From an uncultured virus (IMG/VR IMGVR_UViG_2576861536_000004) (taxonomy: Duplodnaviria; Heunggongvirae; Uroviricota; Caudoviricetes): a DNA stretch of 20,000 nucleotides. The stretch lies in IMG/VR virus record IMGVR_UViG_2576861536_000004. One strand, 5' to 3'. Position numbers and translations under genes: made by a program. The notes below the pieces were generated by a model, which did no database searches, was not told the origin of the DNA, and saw only the letters and a list, made by a program, of their open reading frames with translations. Positions 15,767-20,000 of the stretch are shown here, in pieces (position 1 is the first letter of the stretch; each line of letters begins with the position of its first letter).

Positions 15767-16219
15767 ATGAATGAAATTTTAAATTTTGTGTCTGCGTTAG
15801 ACTTTTCAAATCTTTACCGGCATGCTTGCGTGACTCTTCTATGTTGGCTACTTATGTTTTTGTCCACGCTTATAGACATGTGGGATGGTATTCAGACTGC
15901 AAAGGCACTGAAAGAGCCTATACAGAGCAAGGGGCTTAGAAAGACTGTGGCCAAGGCCGGTGACTACTGGCGCTTGATGCTGTTTGGATTGATGTTTGAT
16001 ACACTGGGATTGATGTTTGCATGGTATGTTTTGCCATACATTACTTTGCTGATCACTGCCGGTGTGCTCTATATCGAGTTCCGCAGTTTGATAGAACATA
16101 ACAGACGGAAACGCAGTCATGCTGCGGAGCTTCCCAGTGTAATAGCTAATATCATCAAATGTGCATCGGAGAAAGATGCGTTGGAGTTAATCAATAAAAT
16201 AAAGGAGGTACAGAAATGA
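15767..16219 (+). CDS. Phage holin
   Basis: 150 aa with about three hydrophobic segments, a DMWDG...A...SKGLRKTVAK motif, an EFRSLIEH motif and a charged C-terminus. It overlaps the endolysin gene by ATGA. Confidence 0.85.
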   Translation: MNEILNFVSALDFSNLYRHACVTLLCWLLMFLSTLIDMWDGIQTAKALKEPIQSKGLRKTVAKAGDYWRLMLFGLMFDTLGLMFAWYVLPYITLLITAGVLYIEFRSLIEHNRRKRSHAAELPSVIANIIKCASEKDALELINKIKEVQK

Positions 16220-16710
16220 AAACAATTGATTCAATCATTATTCACTGTTCGGCCACACGTGCCGGACAGGATCTGCGTGCAAAAGACATTGACCGGATAC
16301 ATAAACAGAGAGGTTTTAACCAGATCGGGTACAATTTTGTAGTAGACCTTGACGGTACTGTCGAGAATGGACGTCCGTTAAGCATCGATGGTGCACACTG
16401 TAATACGAAAGGGTTCTCGGATTCTTCGTATAACAAACACAGCATTGGTATCTGTTATATTGGTGGTCTGGATGCCAACGGGAAACCAGCTGATACCCGG
16501 ACTGACTGGCAGAAAGTTTCACTTCGTAACCTGGTTGCAAAGCTTTGTAAAGAGTATCCTATCATCGAAGTGCTCGGACACCGGGATACATCGCCTGATC
16601 TGAATGATGACGGTGAGGTAGAATCGTTTGAGTATATCAAGGCTTGTCCTTGTTTTGATGTACGGAAGGAGTTCTCTAACTTTATGAAACCTGTAATCGT
16701 ACGGCCATGA
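16216..16710 (+). CDS. Endolysin, N-acetylmuramoyl-L-alanine amidase (T7 lysozyme/Amidase_2 type)
   Basis: Zn-ligand motifs IIIHCSAT, GHRD and KACPCFDV, plus IGYNFVV, GAHC and SIGICYIGG. Confidence 0.95.
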   Translation: MKTIDSIIIHCSATRAGQDLRAKDIDRIHKQRGFNQIGYNFVVDLDGTVENGRPLSIDGAHCNTKGFSDSSYNKHSIGICYIGGLDANGKPADTRTDWQKVSLRNLVAKLCKEYPIIEVLGHRDTSPDLNDDGEVESFEYIKACPCFDVRKEFSNFMKPVIVRP

Positions 16711-17204
16711 AACGACTAATTTATACTATTTTGCTGTCATTAGTAATATGCTCTTGTGGTAGTCACAAATCGAATCTGAAACAGGAAACGTCCATTAATG
16801 CAGAGAGTAATCATCAACGTAAAGACACTGCATCATTCAGAGAACAAGTGAAGAAGGCAGAACGCGAAGATGTAACTGAAACAGTTGAAGAAGTAATTAC
16901 GGTGTATGATATTAAGCAAGCAATAGATAGTACAACCGGTAAACATCCGGTTCTTTTTGAAACGAAAAAGGTCGCAAAACGAGAATCCAACAGGCAGAAG
17001 CTAGAGAATAAAATGATGGGTATTAATCAGGCTGCTATAGTGAATGATAATCAGCAGACGATTGTTCAGGAAATGAAAGAAGAGGATAAGCAGAATGAAG
17101 AAACAACAGTTCCACGTCAGATAGCTTGGAGTGTGTGGGGATTAGTTGTGTTGATAGGATTAGGGATTGTAAGGTTGGTGGTGTATAAAATCAGGAGGAA
17201 ATAG
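16707..17204 (+). CDS. Probable unimolecular spanin (N-terminal lipoprotein plus C-terminal transmembrane helix)
   Basis: Signal peptide MKRLIYTILLSLVICS-C with a lipobox Cys17, a hydrophilic middle, and a C-terminal TM IAWSVWGLVVLIGLGIVRLVVY followed by KIRRK. It is the third gene of the lysis cassette with an ATGA overlap. Confidence 0.75.
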   Translation: MKRLIYTILLSLVICSCGSHKSNLKQETSINAESNHQRKDTASFREQVKKAEREDVTETVEEVITVYDIKQAIDSTTGKHPVLFETKKVAKRESNRQKLENKMMGINQAAIVNDNQQTIVQEMKEEDKQNEETTVPRQIAWSVWGLVVLIGLGIVRLVVYKIRRK

Positions 17205-17264
17205 AAGATTATTGAGGAAATATTAGTTTTTCACCGGTCAACTCACTATTTATTATAAAAGTTT

Positions 17265-17294
17265 TTTGCAATTAATTTAAGTATAGTATATTTG
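17265..17294 (+). promoter_or_regulatory. Bacteroidetes primary-sigma promoter for the cargo ATPase
   Basis: TTTG (17265-17268), an 18-nt spacer and TATATTTG (17287-17294), ending 22 nt before ATG 17317. Confidence 0.75.
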
Positions 17295-17316
17295 TAAAAA
17301 GAATAACTAGATACAT

Positions 17317-18867
17317 ATGTCACTTGAAATAAATACAGCTATTTTAAAATTGAAAAAAAGAGCTGAGAAATATTCTATGGATCAGCTTGTTGACACTTTT
17401 GTGGATATTGGTTCTCTATTTACACTTTTATTGAATACCGACCATCAGATCCTTTATGGTAGAAGAGGTACAGGAAAGACACATGTTTTGACTTATTTGT
17501 GTTCAAAAATAAAGGAAAATAATGATTGTCCAATCTATATTGATCTTCGGTTAATAGGGTCTACTGGTGGATTATATTCTGATAGAAATATTCCATTTTC
17601 AGAAAGAGCAACTCGATTATTAATTGATGTATTTACTGCCATTCATGATCAAATTATAGAATTTGTTGTTGAAAACGCAAGTGATAATATTCATATGGGA
17701 GTAATAGGACCATTGTTGGAAAAGCTTTCTTGTGCTATTTCTCAGATACAAATAACAGGAGAAATTACTAAAGAAGTCTCTAAAGAGTTCAATGATGAAG
17801 ATTCTAATAAATCCGAAATTAATTTGGGGACTTCTTCTGCTAATATTAATTTATCTGGAGGAAATACGTATAGTGTAAAATTGGGTGAGAAGATGGTAAA
17901 TTCTGGATTTGAAAATCATCGAATCCATTTTCCTTCAATTAGAGGAATAATGGGGGATATTCTAAAAATTATAAAACCGCATGAAATTTGGATTGTGTTA
18001 GATGAATGGGCTGAGATTCCCATTGATTTACAACCTTTTTTAGGAGATCTTTTACGTCGATGTTTATTCCCTATATATGGAATTACAATAAAAATAGGAG
18101 CTATTGAACATCGATCTAATTTTAAAATTCAAAAAGGAATATCTGAATATGTTGGTATTGAAACAGGTGCTGATATGACCAGTATAAATCTAGATGAATT
18201 TATGGTTTTTGATAATAATGAATATCTATCAATAGACTTTTTTAAGAATTTATTGTTTAAGCACATAAATTCGTTGTTGCCTGAAAATATTAGATATAAA
18301 TATTCTGATGAACTCATAAATGCTACATTTACTCAAACAAATGCTTTTGAGGAGTTTGTTAGAGCTTCAGAGGGAGTTCCTAGAGATGCAATAAATATTC
18401 TGATACAGGCTGCAACTAAGGCTTCTTCTGCTAATATATCTATTAAAAATGTGCGAGATGCTGCACGTATATGGTATAATCGCGATAAAGAAAAATCTGT
18501 ATCATCTAGTCCTGAGGCTATTAGATTATTAAGATGGATTATTGATGAAGTGATTGGTAGGCGAAATGCAAGAGCTTTTTTATTGAGGACTGATACAGAA
18601 AATGGTTTGATTGATTATTTATATGATTCGCGAGTAATTCATATTATAAAACAAAGTGTATCTAGCCAAGAGACTCCAGGTATAAGATATAATGTTTATA
18701 GTATTGATTATGGTTGTTATGTTGATTTGAAAAATACATCTCGAGAACCGCGAGGTTTATTTGAGGCAGAATGGGCAGAAGACCAATCAGGTTTTATTTC
18801 TGTGCCGCAAAATGATTATCGAGCTATAAGAAGAGCTGTGCTAGATCTTGATGAATTTTATAGTTGA
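17317..18867 (+). CDS. P-loop ATPase (ORC/Cdc6-like or STAND-like), candidate defence protein
   Basis: Walker A QILYGRRGTGKTH and Walker B IWIVLDEWAE. A SEGVPRDAI (GxPR) helical-domain motif and a probable winged-helix C-terminus follow. The gene is AT-rich. Confidence 0.8.
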   Translation: MSLEINTAILKLKKRAEKYSMDQLVDTFVDIGSLFTLLLNTDHQILYGRRGTGKTHVLTYLCSKIKENNDCPIYIDLRLIGSTGGLYSDRNIPFSERATRLLIDVFTAIHDQIIEFVVENASDNIHMGVIGPLLEKLSCAISQIQITGEITKEVSKEFNDEDSNKSEINLGTSSANINLSGGNTYSVKLGEKMVNSGFENHRIHFPSIRGIMGDILKIIKPHEIWIVLDEWAEIPIDLQPFLGDLLRRCLFPIYGITIKIGAIEHRSNFKIQKGISEYVGIETGADMTSINLDEFMVFDNNEYLSIDFFKNLLFKHINSLLPENIRYKYSDELINATFTQTNAFEEFVRASEGVPRDAINILIQAATKASSANISIKNVRDAARIWYNRDKEKSVSSSPEAIRLLRWIIDEVIGRRNARAFLLRTDTENGLIDYLYDSRVIHIIKQSVSSQETPGIRYNVYSIDYGCYVDLKNTSREPRGLFEAEWAEDQSGFISVPQNDYRAIRRAVLDLDEFYS

Positions 18868-19047
18868 ATCTATATTGGTTCTATATCTTTAAAAATATAT
18901 TATTGGTTCATTGCCTAGCTTTCATTAGGGTTTTATTTTACTCATATCACGAATACATACTGTCTTCGTATTGTAGAAGTATTTTATAAGCAGTTGCTGG
19001 TATCTTGCTTATTAGTAAGTAGCATTAAAAAAATAAATGTAAAAAAT

Positions 19048-19500
19048 ATGAGCTGTTATAAAAAATTTGAAATTGATTTTATTAAAAGAACACTTGGTAT
19101 TTTAGAGCAATATGAACAATGCTCACCTCTGGAGCTGGGAGAAAAATATGAAATAACTTTGTTTGTGAATTGTTGTGTTGGGTTAATTGTAATACCACAA
19201 CAAGTTATTTATGATAGTGTTCCGAGTGACAGGCTAGATAATTCTTGGGACATTCAAAATGATTATATTATTATTTTTAAGGGAGAAAGGACGATAAAAG
19301 AATTTGTAAGACATATTAGGAATTCGATTGCTCACGGTCATATTCAACTAACTAGTGATAATGAAAGCGAGATAACTCATGTTGAATTTGAAGATTATAA
19401 GTATGGAGAGAAACTCCCGACTTTTAGGCTAAGAATACCAGTGAAGGCATTGATAAAGTTTGCAAAGAAGTTTGCAGAAACAATGTTGTCTAAACTATAA
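19048..19500 (+). CDS. HEPN-domain ribonuclease (pEK499_p136-like family), 150 aa
   Basis: RxxxxH motif RNSIAH with the N-terminal pattern DFIKRT...YEITLFVNCCVGLIVIPQQ. ATG 19048, preceded by an A-rich leader, is a more plausible start than TTG 18994. Confidence 0.8.
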   Translation: MSCYKKFEIDFIKRTLGILEQYEQCSPLELGEKYEITLFVNCCVGLIVIPQQVIYDSVPSDRLDNSWDIQNDYIIIFKGERTIKEFVRHIRNSIAHGHIQLTSDNESEITHVEFEDYKYGEKLPTFRLRIPVKALIKFAKKFAETMLSKL

Positions 19501-19775
19501 AGTCACTTGTATGAAGATATTATCTAAAATATCAATCAAAGCACTTACTTTTCTAAAATGGAATGTTTGTGATGTTAATAAAGTAAAAAAATATAATTTA
19601 TACTGATTTCTCCTTAATGGTTGGTGAAAATGCTAAAGAAAGGAAATATGATGGGGTAAGTAAATCTTTGCCATATGTGGTATGTAGTCCTAAAGGATAT
19701 GATATTAAACAAACTTTCTAAGATATATTTTATAGTTAGTGTTTAGTAGTAGATAATTGTAATTTTGTTTTGGTT

Positions 19776-20000
19776 ATGAAAATACAAGATAAAAAAATTA
19801 GGGAATGCAAACAATTGTTTGAAGAGCTGGAACATATAAATTTACCTAATAACTTTAAGACCAAGGGTGGAGTTCCAATTCCTGCTTCGTATATTAAAAC
19901 GTATATCAATGAATATAAAATAGAAATTGAGAAGAGTAACTACACTAATAAAGAATATATTACTGCTCTGTATTATTTAAGAGATAAGGCCTTGTTGTAA
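19776..20000 (+). CDS. Small hypothetical protein (74 aa)
   Basis: ATG 19776 (alternative TTG 19770) to TAA 19998-20000. Helical, charged composition. TAATTTTG (TAnnTTTG) lies at 19760-19767 just upstream. Confidence 0.5.
   Translation: MKIQDKKIRECKQLFEELEHINLPNNFKTKGGVPIPASYIKTYINEYKIEIEKSNYTNKEYITALYYLRDKALL

Larger units (their letters stand above)
1..17204 (+). mobile_element. Tail and lysis modules of a Bacteroidales tailed (pro)phage
   Basis: Co-oriented tape measure, tail, fibre, holin, endolysin and spanin genes with several ATGA overlaps. TAnnTTTG promoter elements and A-rich leaders largely lacking Shine-Dalgarno sites point to Bacteroidetes. No integrase or att site is visible in the window. 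Confidence 0.9.

Noticed and set aside
18873..18909. Short direct repeat TATTGGTTC x2 after the ATPase gene
   Set aside because: Only two 9-bp copies in very AT-rich DNA, with no array structure, so it is not supportable as CRISPR, an iteron or an att site.
18994..19047. TTG start giving a 168-aa HEPN protein with an N-terminal extension
   Set aside because: The extension is low-complexity and encoded by A-rich leader-like DNA. ATG 19048 fits Bacteroidetes initiation context and the domain start better.
17205..20000. Prophage right boundary (attR), integrase or tRNA target
   Set aside because: No integrase, tRNA-like fold or identifiable att core is visible, and the partner att site would lie outside the window.

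Overview
The window is the right-hand part of the late region of a Bacteroidales (Bacteroides/Parabacteroides-like) tailed phage or prophage, and every credible gene is on the + strand. In order: the C-terminus of a probable tape measure protein (open at the left edge), a 192-aa hypothetical, an insulated two-gene cassette (93-aa Cys/His-ended protein plus an ECF sigma factor), two tail-tip proteins (650 and 275 aa), an 811-aa mosaic tail fibre, and a giant 2809-aa modular tail protein. The giant protein carries FN3, CBM-like and Ig-like modules, a clan GH-A glycoside hydrolase-like barrel and a NodB/CE4-like deacetylase domain. A lysis cassette follows (holin, T7-type amidase endolysin, probable unimolecular spanin). 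An AT-rich cargo block with its own Bacteroidetes promoter ends the window: a P-loop ATPase, a HEPN RNase and a small ORF, a candidate anti-phage module. The most notable items are the two-enzyme tailspike, the ATPase/HEPN cargo, the sigma cassette in the tail operon and a possible antisense sRNA upstream of the holin. All domain calls come from motif recognition by eye; no database searches were run.
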